The notes below the pieces were generated by a model. The model worked only from the letters and a program-made list of their open reading frames with translations, had not been told where the DNA came from and ran no database searches. From an uncultured Candidatus Saccharibacteria bacterium (GTDB lineage Bacteria > Patescibacteriota > JACMRA01), in assembly GCA_964434775.1 (NCBI GenBank), contig CAYSWH010000003.1, forward strand, positions 1,877 through 65,876: a DNA stretch of 64,000 bases. The letters are read 5' to 3'. Each line of letters opens with the position of its first letter. Position 1 is the stretch's first letter. Below are positions 1-9,416 of this stretch, in pieces. Both the position numbers and the translations under genes were made by a program.

Positions 1-134
1 AATAGACCTTCACAGTTAACCCTCCTGTTTCTTACTTCTTTGACCATTTTTCCGGACAGACTTAGTCCCGCCTGAAAACTTTCCAGAATATGGTAATCAA
101 ATTTTGCTTTTTTATTGTTACTGAGAATAGCCAT
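1..134 (-). CDS. smpB: SsrA-binding protein SmpB, N-terminal fragment (gene runs off the left edge)
   Basis: Reverse translation from the ATG at 134..132 gives MAILSNNKKAKFDYHILESFQAGLSLSGKMVKEVRNRRVN..., the conserved SmpB N-terminus. Absent from the ORF track because the window edge truncates it. Confidence 0.8.
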   Translation of the reverse strand, partial: MAILSNNKKAKFDYHILESFQAGLSLSGKMVKEVRNRRVNCEGL

Positions 135-229
135 TTTTACGTGATTTAGCTTGACAAAAAAGAGGATTATCGTCAACTTTTTCTTTTCAGAAAGACTGTG
201 AGCTGATTTGATTTATTTACTACAGATGA

Positions 230-316
230 GCGTGGGTGGCGAAATGGTAGACGCGCTAGCTTCAGGTGTTAGTGGTTATTACAACCGTGAGGGTTCAAGT
301 CCCTCCCCGCGCACCA
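230..316 (+). tRNA. tRNA-Leu (anticodon CAG), long variable arm, CCA encoded
   Basis: Hand-folded cloverleaf: acceptor gcgtggg/cccgcgc, anticodon stem ctagc/gttag with loop ttCAGgt, long variable arm, T arm gaggg-ttcaagt-ccctc, 3' ACCA. Confidence 0.9.
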
Positions 317-317
317 G

Positions 318-1091
318 TTGACTATAATAGAAATCCTATTTAGAAATATTGGAGTTTTGAATGTTAGCCAAACCTCTGTGCTTCGCAGAAAAAAAACCAG
401 AAAAACTAAATTAATTATCTTTGATTTTGACGGTGTTATCGTAGATACATCTGATTTAGTCTTTGAAGTTTATCAGCTTATTTACAAGAGATATGGTCTG
501 AAAAAACTGGATTCTCAGGAAGACTTAAAGAAACTTTTTGACAACAACATTCCGGAAACGATTGCATATTTAGGAGTTAAACGATGGAAAATTCCGATAA
601 TGATTATGCACGGGATCATTAAAGGTCGTAGGTATTCCAGTAAAGTATCTCCTTGTCCGGGGATTGAAGAAGTAATTAAAGAATTGAGTAAAGAGTATAG
701 ATTAATTATTTTGACTTCAGCCCTGGGATATAGCGTAAAAAAATATTTGAATGAAAAAAATCTTTTGCAATACTTTGAGGCCGTGCTTGGTTTTGAGAAA
801 CAGCGTAGCAAGGACCGAAGTTTCAAAAAGATATTAATCAAATACAAAGTTGACAAAGAGAACGTGCTTTTTATTACTGACACTGTGGGTGATATTTTGG
901 AGGCTAAAAAAAATGACTTAAAAGTTATCGGAGTGGGTTATGGTTTTCAGGGTAAAGAACGTCTGCAAAAAGAAAACCCTGATTATATGATTGACTGTGC
1001 CCAAGAAATAGTTCGGGTGGTAAATTCTCATTTTGAAGAAATTGATAAAGAAAGGCTTCAAGGTCAGCAGCTTGACAAATTGGCTATCTAA
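318..1091 (+). CDS. HAD-superfamily hydrolase (subfamily IA, phosphatase-like); start codon uncertain
   Basis: Motif I IIFDFDGVIVDT, motif II LTSA, and a C-terminal FITDTVGDILEAKK (DxxxD-type motif IV). The track start at 318 abuts the tRNA, so an internal TTG/GTG start (357/378) is plausible. Confidence 0.75.
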   Translation: MTIIEILFRNIGVLNVSQTSVLRRKKTRKTKLIIFDFDGVIVDTSDLVFEVYQLIYKRYGLKKLDSQEDLKKLFDNNIPETIAYLGVKRWKIPIMIMHGIIKGRRYSSKVSPCPGIEEVIKELSKEYRLIILTSALGYSVKKYLNEKNLLQYFEAVLGFEKQRSKDRSFKKILIKYKVDKENVLFITDTVGDILEAKKNDLKVIGVGYGFQGKERLQKENPDYMIDCAQEIVRVVNSHFEEIDKERLQGQQLDKLAI

Positions 1092-1133
1092 TGTTAATTT
1101 GAACTCTGTTTGCTTTCTCATTAAGCAACTCAT

Positions 1134-1207
1134 TCGGGGATCGTCTAATGGTAGGACACCGGGTTTTGGTCCCGATAATCGGAGTTCGACTCTCTGTCCC
1201 CGAACCA
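1134..1207 (+). tRNA. tRNA-Gln (anticodon TTG), CCA encoded
   Basis: Acceptor tcgggga/tccccga (U1-A72, typical of bacterial tRNA-Gln), anticodon loop ttTTGgt, T arm ggagttcgactctc, 3' ACCA. Confidence 0.85.
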
Positions 1208-1418
1208 ATGTTGACTACTTTGATTATTATACAAAAATAAAAACGGTTTTTTAATATTTAATTGAAGCGGAGAGTTTATCCCTCTATTTTTATTACCTGT
1301 TTGTATTGGGTTCGAGAGCAGTCTATACTAACAAATAAGAAATTTAAGAATTTGGTTTTTTCATTAGACTTCAAACTTTAAAAAATTTCAGGTAGCTTGT
1401 TTATTATATCAAACAGAG

Positions 1419-2178
1419 TTTTTACTACTCTGTATCTTCATCCATTTACCGGTAATAAGTCTTAAAGTTTCAAGATCAAGTTGAAAGAAAAGAGCGTAAA
1501 AAGAGGACTTTACAAAATGTTTGCAGGTTTGACAGCTGCTCTCCATCATTGAGCAAGGAACTTTGGGTTTAGCCATAGTATCTAGATTTACAAAGTTTTT
1601 GACAGCACACTGTTTGGTAGGCAGGTCTCTTAAATAATTTTGAATAGTTTTTGGACTGAGTAAAATGAAATTGGGATATTTTCCGAGGTTAAAGTAGTTG
1701 ATAAAATTATCTTTTGTCTGGAGTCTTGGATATTTTGCTTAACTTTTTGGTAATTATCGCCCCTAATTTTAATATAATTTTCTTCACAGCCATCCACCGA
1801 AACAAAAAACCTGGTTCGAGGCCAATTTGGTAAACTGTGTGTGCCGTTGGTAAAAACAATGTGGTATGGAAAAAGCTTTTGACCCAATTCAATCAACTCT
1901 TTTCGAAGAAGAGGCTCACCGCCGGTCCAGACAATCAGCTTAACTCCTTGATTCTTAATTCTTTGCAACTCTTTTTCCCAATCTTTGATAGAAAGCTGCT
2001 CTTGATTCTTTTTTCTTTTGTAATAACAAAGCGTGCAGCTGAGATTACATTTGTGAGTAGTGTCAATAATTGCTATCGGAAGTTTTTTATCCTGACTAAA
2101 TAGATAATTATAGCCTTGTCTCAAACCTACCTGTAAACCAAAACCTGCTAATCTAAGGTGATTTTTTATATCGGTCAT
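1419..2178 (-). CDS. Radical SAM protein with a Cys-rich C-terminal (SPASM/twitch-like) region; frame-disrupted as assembled
   Basis: The 1630..2178 ORF carries CNLSCTLC (CxxxCxxC) followed by GGEPLL. A second frame continues from about 1640 to the TGA at 1419 as ...TIQNYLRDLPTKQCAVKNFVNLDTMAKPKVPCSMMESSCQTCKHF... Confidence 0.7.
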
Positions 2179-2251
2179 TTGTGTTTATGTAAGCTAGGTA
2201 AGTTAAACATTTTCATAAATTTCCAAAAATACTACAAGGCAACTCAAAACT

Positions 2252-3283
2252 TTATTCCAGGTTAGGTATCTCGGCAGTTTTCTTTTCCGGTTCCACGTAC
2301 TCTTTGATAAACATTTGGACTAGAGAGATTAGATAGGATAAAAGCAAGGGGCCGACAATTAGACCCATAGCTCCAAATAACGGTAAGCCAACTAAGAGAC
2401 CGAAGAGAGATATAAGCGGATGAATATTCCCCAGGCGGTTTTGAATTACCGGTCTTAAGAAGTTATCCGTTAAAAGGACAATTACGGAAAGAATCCCAAA
2501 CCCGACAGCTAAAACGTAATTTTCCTGTAAAAAAGTAATTCCGGCAGCCGGAGCTAATATTAAGATTGGCCCTACAATTGGTATCAAGGCCAAAATAGAT
2601 GTCACCACTCCCCAGATTAAGGCATTTTCGAGACCAACTAAATAAAGCCCAATTGTAACAATTATACCTTGTAGACCGGCCATAACTACGGTACTGATAA
2701 AAATCGAGTAAGTAAGATTGCGAAACTCTTTCATGAGTTTATCTGTGTTGTCATGATTAAACGGAACTAAGGCGTAGACAGTTTCTTTGAGTTTTTTCTG
2801 GTCGGCGGTCAAAAGATAATACAAAGTAAAATACATAATACCGAAGCCTATAAAGAGATCGTTAAAACTTTTGGTTACAGTCAAAGCGACATTACTAAAG
2901 ATTCCTGTAAGATCGGAAATCTGCTTGCTGAGATCACCTGTTAGATCAAATTCAGGTAAAAATTGATTTAGCAAAGTAGTAACTTCATTAAGTAAATTAG
3001 CCTGTTTGAGGATGTTTTGGATTTCACTGGTTAAGATCCCGATAATGAAAACAAAAGGCAAAATAATAAAAATTAAAGTAACAATAATTACTAACACTGC
3101 CGAGATAGATTTTGGGATTTTATAGTCTCTTAGACGGTCAAATAATGGTTTACTAAGAACAAATAACACCAAAGAACCAAAGAGATAACTGGCAATCGGG
3201 AACAGTCCTTGGACAGCAACCAGGAGAAGGATAATAATGATGGTTAGGGCTACAAAGCCGCGGATTCTTTTTTCACTCCACAT
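2252..3283 (-). CDS. AI-2E family transporter (PerM/YhhT-like permease)
   Basis: 343 aa polytopic membrane protein with the family-typical C-terminal pattern: ...GLQGIIVTIG...IWGVVTSILALIPIVGPIL...TDNFLRPVIQNRLGNIHPL...GLIVGPLL. Confidence 0.75.
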   Translation of the reverse strand: MWSEKRIRGFVALTIIIILLLVAVQGLFPIASYLFGSLVLFVLSKPLFDRLRDYKIPKSISAVLVIIVTLIFIILPFVFIIGILTSEIQNILKQANLLNEVTTLLNQFLPEFDLTGDLSKQISDLTGIFSNVALTVTKSFNDLFIGFGIMYFTLYYLLTADQKKLKETVYALVPFNHDNTDKLMKEFRNLTYSIFISTVVMAGLQGIIVTIGLYLVGLENALIWGVVTSILALIPIVGPILILAPAAGITFLQENYVLAVGFGILSVIVLLTDNFLRPVIQNRLGNIHPLISLFGLLVGLPLFGAMGLIVGPLLLSYLISLVQMFIKEYVEPEKKTAEIPNLE

Positions 3284-3384
3284 ATAATTTTTTGATAAGT
3301 CACTTTAGCAAGAAACATTTTTTACTTTCTGTAAAATACCAAATTTACAGCCTATCAAAAATATGAAATACTTTAATAGTAAAT

Positions 3385-5400
3385 ATGAGATTCCTAAGAC
3401 AAAAATTTGACATCCAAGAAGAACTTTTCCGGAAAAGGTTTGTTCAGGAAATGATGGATACCTCTTCAAAAGGGGTAAATGACGCAAAAGAAAGTTGGTG
3501 GAATAAGTTAAAATATGGTTTTAATTCGGTAAGTGTAGCTCTCTTTGGCGAAAAGAACAAACCGATCGAACAAAGGCAGCAAATAAGTGCAGAAGGTGCA
3601 TCAGGTCTTTCTGAGCAAGTTCAAGAAACAGGTTGGGGTACAAAAATGTTAAACTGGGCTAACAGTGCTTTGGATGGTAAGCTGGAGGAGCTAACTAAAT
3701 TTATTCCGGTGAATACTTCTCAGCTTAATTTTGTAATGAATTATGTTGACGGCTTTGTTATTCCGGATGAGATAAAAGGAATTATTGAGGAACTGATTGA
3801 ATGTGAATATAATCCTCAGGAAAGGCAGGCTGATTGTTTGAATCGTTTGAGATGGGTATTACCAGGTAGGTCACAGGACTTCTATTTGAATATTTTTGAG
3901 ACAATGAATCGGTTAAAGCCACATTACGATAAAATTACTAGAATAACCAGAGAATCGTCATTAAAAAATATTTGGGGAGAATCATTTCCTATTACAGCGA
4001 CAAAGTTATATGCCGAATCTGATATGCATATTATGGACAGACTCCTTGATCCGGAATACATTGACGTCAGAAGACAACAAGCACAAGCAGAGCAGTCTGA
4101 GCAACAATCTTATGTAGCTGTGGTAGCTGTAGAAGGGCAAAATGTTAGGGGTAATTCATTGGAAATCAACACTACGAATACTCAAGGAAGTCCTGCTAAC
4201 GAGGAGGAAGCTAGAAAATTGGTTAGGGATATGCACCAAGCTATGAGATTCCGGGAAAATAGAGATGTTTTACATAGATCTCGGAGTTTAGTCGGACTTT
4301 ATGAAGCCAGGGTTAGGAAACAGGAAGAGGCTCTTACTTTTCAATTGGATCAAGAAGCCTTAAGGTGGTTAGCTGAGAGAGGTTATAATTTTACTTTACG
4401 GCAGAGTCCGGAAAATGAAAGAATATTATATGAATCTTTTAGTAAAGATAATTTAGATGAAATAAGAGTCGCTGAAATACAGGGTAATATTAATGATATA
4501 TATAGAATTTACATGGATTTAGTGGGGCGGCTCAGGAGTGAGGAATATCGGTTTACTTCAAGAAACGGATTCTTTGATTATACCATGACAGACGAGATTG
4601 GGCGGAACCCGATTTTTGGTCCCATGCAGAACTATTTTGAAGCCTATATTGAAACGGAAGAAACTGTGCCGACAATTACGAATTTAAAGAAAAAGGATGT
4701 TGAAACCACTCTTAGAGGTATGATGTATACAGACTCATTTGGTGGAGAGGTGGGCGATTTAATCTTGGAAAGCGGTTTGGTTGGAAGGAATTATCCGGTT
4801 GTTGAGTCGAGGCTATCTCCGGCTGTAGCCGATAACTATCAAGCTTGGAGGGAAACTTTGAGAACTGCTCAAGGTTTGGAGACTGATTTGGCCTTAATTA
4901 CCATCGATAATCGAATAATTGAAGGGATTATCACTGAGAGAAACGGGGCCTATACTGTCCAACTAACAAATAATTCGGCAGAATACTTTATTAATTTTGA
5001 GGACTTACAACGGTTTGTCCGGGGAGTTACAATTGTACCAAGTGAATTTGTTGTACTTGCTAGTGAATTTACTACTTTGGTAAACCGCATAAGAAATAGT
5101 TTTGAAGGTCAATCGGGTTTTGATTTGAGAGATCTTAGAAATTATGGATATACCAGTGAACAGGTTGGTTTTGCCCTCCATTATCTGACTACTCGCGAAA
5201 ACTATGTTTTTAGTCACGGTTCCACAGAAATCCAATTTGAAATTGTTAACGGTGTACCAAATACTAGACCTCCTCTGGCTAGATTAAGAAGTGGTAACAC
5301 TGAAGAAAGATTCAGGCTGGAAACCAGGGAACAGTTTGAGTCTAGAACCGGAAATTCAGTTTCAAATAATGGTATGGGGGGTTTAGATTTGGCAGCTTGA
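3385..5400 (+). CDS. Large soluble hypothetical protein (671 aa), no recognisable domain
   Basis: Long uninterrupted ORF with normal amino-acid composition and no TM segment. Its 3' end overlaps the convergent proA by 18 nt. Confidence 0.6.
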   Translation: MRFLRQKFDIQEELFRKRFVQEMMDTSSKGVNDAKESWWNKLKYGFNSVSVALFGEKNKPIEQRQQISAEGASGLSEQVQETGWGTKMLNWANSALDGKLEELTKFIPVNTSQLNFVMNYVDGFVIPDEIKGIIEELIECEYNPQERQADCLNRLRWVLPGRSQDFYLNIFETMNRLKPHYDKITRITRESSLKNIWGESFPITATKLYAESDMHIMDRLLDPEYIDVRRQQAQAEQSEQQSYVAVVAVEGQNVRGNSLEINTTNTQGSPANEEEARKLVRDMHQAMRFRENRDVLHRSRSLVGLYEARVRKQEEALTFQLDQEALRWLAERGYNFTLRQSPENERILYESFSKDNLDEIRVAEIQGNINDIYRIYMDLVGRLRSEEYRFTSRNGFFDYTMTDEIGRNPIFGPMQNYFEAYIETEETVPTITNLKKKDVETTLRGMMYTDSFGGEVGDLILESGLVGRNYPVVESRLSPAVADNYQAWRETLRTAQGLETDLALITIDNRIIEGIITERNGAYTVQLTNNSAEYFINFEDLQRFVRGVTIVPSEFVVLASEFTTLVNRIRNSFEGQSGFDLRDLRNYGYTSEQVGFALHYLTTRENYVFSHGSTEIQFEIVNGVPNTRPPLARLRSGNTEERFRLETREQFESRTGNSVSNNGMGGLDLAA

Positions 5401-6657
5401 GGTGTTATCGTCTCTAACCTGTCCGTTTCCGCGAATGATCCATTTGTAAGAGGTTAATTCTCTTAGTCCCATGGGTCCTCTGGCGTGAAGTTTTTGGGTG
5501 CTGATGCCGATTTCACTACCTAGTCCGAACTGAGCTCCGTCGGTAAAGGCGGTAGAAGTGTTGGCATAGACTGCCGCAGCATCAATTTGAGTTAGAAATT
5601 TATCAATATTTTCTTGATTTTCCGAGATTATGGCTTCGCTATGGCCGGAACCGAAATTGTTGATATGGTCAACAGCTTCATCGACATTCGCAACAGTTTT
5701 GACGGCCATCTTATAACCTAGAAATTCTTGACCGAAGTCCTCGTCTTCGGCTTTGTGTAAAAGATTATCAGGGTAATTTGACTCCAAAACTTGATAGGCT
5801 TTTTCATCAGCCTTAATTTCTACTTCATGTTTTTTTAGGTTTTCAGAAATTTTTGCCAGTTCCTGTAATTTTGACTCATGGATTACCAGACAATCCAAGG
5901 CATTACAGACACTCACTCTCCTGGTTTTGGCATTCAAAATAATTGGTATGGCTTTCTCCAAATCACCAAATTTATCGTAATAGGTATGACAGACCCCGGC
6001 TCCGGTCTCGATTACCGGAACTTGGCTGTTTTCTCGAACAAAGTTAATCAGTTGTTGACTACCTCTTGGAATAATTACATCTACAAGATCGTTAGCAGTA
6101 AACAAAAGATTTACGCTCTCTCTTTCAGGTGGAAGAAGAGTTATGAAGTCAGGGTTTAAATTTTCCTTGTGCAGTAGGTCTTTAATAATTTTAACCAGGA
6201 CGGTGTTTGAGTAAAAAGCGTCGCTACCTCCTTTGAGAATGCAAGAGTTGCCTGTCTTGAAGCAGAGAGCAAAGACATCGGTTGTTACATTCGGTCTGGA
6301 CTCGTAGATGATGCCGATTACTCCAAGGGGTACGCTTATTCTGGATATTTCAAGTGAATTTGGCAGAGTTTTTTGTTCTAAGATTTGATTGAGAGGCGAA
6401 GGGAGGGCGGCTACTGTCTGAATTTCCTTAACTATATTTCCAATTCTATCTTCAGTTAGCTTGAGCCGGTCATACTTAGGATTTTGTGAATCCATTTTGG
6501 CCAAGTCTTTTTTATTTTCATCAATTATCAACGATACATTGTCAGATATTGTTTGGCTTAGTTTTTTTAAGAAATCATTTATTTTATCTTCTTCCGTTTT
6601 AGCTAAATCTCTACCGGCAATTTTAATCCGATTAAGTAGTTCTTGGTTAGCAGACAT
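5383..6657 (-). CDS. proA: Gamma-glutamyl phosphate reductase (glutamate-5-semialdehyde dehydrogenase)
   Basis: Full-length ProA-like sequence with IGIIYESRPNVTTD, VCNALDCLVIH (catalytic Cys) and GSGHSEAII. It lies directly downstream of proB. Confidence 0.9.
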   Translation of the reverse strand: MSANQELLNRIKIAGRDLAKTEEDKINDFLKKLSQTISDNVSLIIDENKKDLAKMDSQNPKYDRLKLTEDRIGNIVKEIQTVAALPSPLNQILEQKTLPNSLEISRISVPLGVIGIIYESRPNVTTDVFALCFKTGNSCILKGGSDAFYSNTVLVKIIKDLLHKENLNPDFITLLPPERESVNLLFTANDLVDVIIPRGSQQLINFVRENSQVPVIETGAGVCHTYYDKFGDLEKAIPIILNAKTRRVSVCNALDCLVIHESKLQELAKISENLKKHEVEIKADEKAYQVLESNYPDNLLHKAEDEDFGQEFLGYKMAVKTVANVDEAVDHINNFGSGHSEAIISENQENIDKFLTQIDAAAVYANTSTAFTDGAQFGLGSEIGISTQKLHARGPMGLRELTSYKWIIRGNGQVRDDNTSSCQI

Positions 6658-6674
6658 GGTAAAATTGAATTGAT

Positions 6675-7469
6675 TTAGTGATGGTGGGCTTTGAAGAGGG
6701 TGCCGTCAAAGTTATTGTCAAAAACATTTAAAATACAATCCTTTTTATTGCCATTAGTCAAATAAACATCCACTCCGGAATTCATGGCAATATCTATTGA
6801 GTGAAGTTTTCCATTCATTCCCCCTCTACCTTTATTGGACTTTCCGTCGGCATACCCACTTATTTCTTGATCAATTTTTTTAACTTCTTTGATCAGTCTG
6901 GCGTTCTTGTCTTTGAAAGGATTCTTATTAAATAACCCGTCGATATCAGACAACAAAATTAATTTTTTGGCTCTAAGAACCGAGGCCACAATTACCGATA
7001 GGCTATCATTGTCAGTAAATTGAGCATCGATTTCCTCTGTGGAAACTGCATCGTTTTCATTAACTATTGGCACTACGCCCATCTTTAAGGCAGTGTGGAT
7101 ACATTCCCGAAAAGCAATCAGGTTGTTGGCAAATTTAAAAACACCTGAAGTGACTAAATGTTGAGAAATAATGCTTTTGCCACTAAAACTGTTTTTCCAT
7201 TTTTTCATTAATTCCGGCTGTCCGAGTGCCGCGCAAACTTGTCTCGTGCTTAGTTCTTTATCGGATGGGGCATCGCCTAATCCTAAAATTCTGATTCCGC
7301 ATCCGATTGCTCCGGAAGAAACAATTACAACAAGCCACCCCCTTTCTTTAATTATCTGAACCTGGTCAACAATATTTTGCATTATGTTTTGGTTAATCTC
7401 TCCGTTTTCGTGAGTAATAGTTGTCGTTCCGACTTTAACAATAACTATTTTTTGACCGATCCCTCCCAT
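6675..7469 (-). CDS. proB: Glutamate 5-kinase (short form, no PUA domain)
   Basis: KIVIVKVGTTTIT, VVIVSSGAIGCG and FTDNDSLS motifs of the amino-acid kinase fold. Forms a proBA operon arrangement. Confidence 0.88.
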   Translation of the reverse strand: MGGIGQKIVIVKVGTTTITHENGEINQNIMQNIVDQVQIIKERGWLVVIVSSGAIGCGIRILGLGDAPSDKELSTRQVCAALGQPELMKKWKNSFSGKSIISQHLVTSGVFKFANNLIAFRECIHTALKMGVVPIVNENDAVSTEEIDAQFTDNDSLSVIVASVLRAKKLILLSDIDGLFNKNPFKDKNARLIKEVKKIDQEISGYADGKSNKGRGGMNGKLHSIDIAMNSGVDVYLTNGNKKDCILNVFDNNFDGTLFKAHHH

Positions 7470-7690
7470 AACAATATGTATATAACTAAAAAAACTAAGA
7501 TAGTCAATTATGTTTCACAGCTCTCTTCATTGTTTTTTAAAGATTACGATGAAGGCTTCTACTGTAATGTTTTCTCAAAATCAGAGTAATAATAGTAGAT
7601 CGGGTTTGTGCAAAAGTTAAAAATTTTCCTTAATCCGAAAATTCATAATAATACATTTTTTGGAATTGCCGGAGTTAATTAGGGTAGTGA

Positions 7691-8247
7691 ATGTTTTTTA
7701 AAAAGGAAGTGGAGTTGGAAGATGTAGAGCTAATAAGGCTAACCCTTTCCAAGGATACTAACTACTATGAGCAGCTGGTTTTTCGTTATCAAGAAAAATT
7801 TTGCACTATTTGCTAAGACTTCTTAATTACAATCATCAAGATGCGGAGGATGTTACTTCGGAGACTTTTATGAAAGCTTATATAAATCTGGCAAGTTTTA
7901 ATCAGCAAATGAAATTTTCCAGTTGGCTTTATCGAATTGCTCACAATGAAGCAGTCAATTTGATCAAGAAAAAATCCAAAAGTTTTTCAGTGGATTTGGA
8001 TAATTTTCAGCATTTGCCCGAAGAAATTGATTTTGAAAAACCCCGAAAGGATGATCTGGAAAAAATCTTGGCTAACTTAAAGATTGATGATAAAAATATT
8101 TTAACTCTATTTTATTTGGAAGAAAAATCTCTAAGAGAAATCTCCGATATTTTGAAAATTACCGAAAACAATGTAGCCGTAAAATTAAAAAGAGCAAGAG
8201 ACAAAGCCAAAAAAATTGCCAACCGAAATCACCCTACAAATATATGA
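7691..8247 (+). CDS. ECF-type sigma-70 family factor; N-terminus in a different frame as assembled
   Basis: 7801..8247 encodes region 2 (DAEDVTSETFMKAYINL, SWLYRIAHNEAVN) and region 4 (SLREISDILKITENNVAVKLKRAR). The ATG at 7691 opens MFFKKEVELEDVELIRLTLSKDTNYYEQLVFRYQEK, which joins it only after a 1-nt correction in the A5T4 run at 7794..7802. Confidence 0.75.
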
Positions 8248-8960
8248 CTGAGAAAAACAAGGAATTAAGCAGCAAGATTTTAACTAAAATAAATACAGTC
8301 AAGCCCAGGCCTGGAAGTTATTTTCTTTTACTTGATTTATTGAGGTTTTTGATAATTGTAGTCTTATTTGTCTTAGTTACTGTCTTGGTAAGCTTTTTCA
8401 TATGGGATTTACTTGCTTTGTTGGAGGTTGTCGATTTTGAATTTGGATCAATCTTTTCCCTTTTTTACAACAGTTTGGTGGAGATTTTGGCTCTCAGCTT
8501 AGTATTAACTCTGCCTATTTATTTTCTTTATCGGCAAACTGACTGGCCTTTGGTTAAAAACTATAAATACCTTTTTGCCGGAATATTAATTTTAATTTTC
8601 TTAGCCGGAATTGGTGTTTATGGAATGGTGCAGACAAATGAGCCAACTCAAAAAATTTACCAAAACTTTCAAGACAGAAGCGAGGTTTTGCCTTTTAGAG
8701 ATAAGAGAAGAGAAAGAATAATTGATCAAGCTAGAGAAAAAGGTTTGCGTCCGGGAAAGGTCGTAGGTATAAAAAATGATGCTCCGGGTAGGGTAGAAGT
8801 AATAATAAGGAATCAGAGACGGGAAGAAACATTTTTAGTTCCGGAACCTCTAGTTAGTGGAATTAAGGACGGAGACAGAGTTGTGATAGTTTTGGACAGA
8901 GAAGGAAAAGTTAGAAAAGTGAGGAAATTAGCTCCAAACGAAAAACCGCTTTTTAGGTAA
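8244..8960 (+). CDS. Membrane protein, putative cognate anti-sigma factor
   Basis: ATGA 4-nt overlap with the sigma gene. Several TM helices and a basic C-terminal domain. No zinc-binding anti-sigma motif was seen, so the function rests on position only. Confidence 0.5.
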   Translation: MTEKNKELSSKILTKINTVKPRPGSYFLLLDLLRFLIIVVLFVLVTVLVSFFIWDLLALLEVVDFEFGSIFSLFYNSLVEILALSLVLTLPIYFLYRQTDWPLVKNYKYLFAGILILIFLAGIGVYGMVQTNEPTQKIYQNFQDRSEVLPFRDKRRERIIDQAREKGLRPGKVVGIKNDAPGRVEVIIRNQRREETFLVPEPLVSGIKDGDRVVIVLDREGKVRKVRKLAPNEKPLFR

Positions 8961-9050
8961 GTATATTTTTAAGTTTCCTTTAAAGGTACAACTTTCTGAA
9001 GGGTTAGCCGGATATATTAATATAAACTTTTTAACTAAAAAACTCTTATA

Positions 9051-9278
9051 TATAGTCTATCCGAAGATAACCTATACACACTTGTCACGGCGAACTTGTT
9101 TCGGCACCTCTTCGAATAGATCCTGAAATAATAATTGTCATTCCGAACTTGTTTCGGAATCCCTTCGAATAGATCCTGAAATAAATTCAGGATGACTGTG
9201 TGGTAAATTCAGGATGACCACTTGGCAAGTGACGGAGAAAAATTTGGAAATGTTTAGGTTTGAGAGAGGATGGCTATA
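9051..9278 (+). mobile_element. MITE-like element, copy A (228 bp, internal ~55 bp module duplication)
   Basis: Bounded by TA-TAGTCTATCC ... GGATGGCTA-TA. Shares the hairpin modules cgaacttgtttcg, gatcctgaaataaattcaggatgac and cacttggcaagtg, and the aaatttggaaatgt block, with five other copies. Confidence 0.8.
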
Positions 9279-9416
9279 CCATAAAGAAAAAAGGATATTA
9301 TTAGAAAAGTGTAATATTTTTAATTTATAGTTGTAATACTATACGGAAGCAAGTTAAGGATCCAATTTGCTTTTGATTTTTAAAATATAATTTGTAACTA
9401 TAAAATAATTTACGAT

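Noticed and set aside
515-1254. ORFs 515..883(-), 918..1208(-) and 1033..1254(+)
   Set aside because: They are antisense to, or overlap, the HAD gene and tRNA-Gln. They have low-complexity composition and no motifs.
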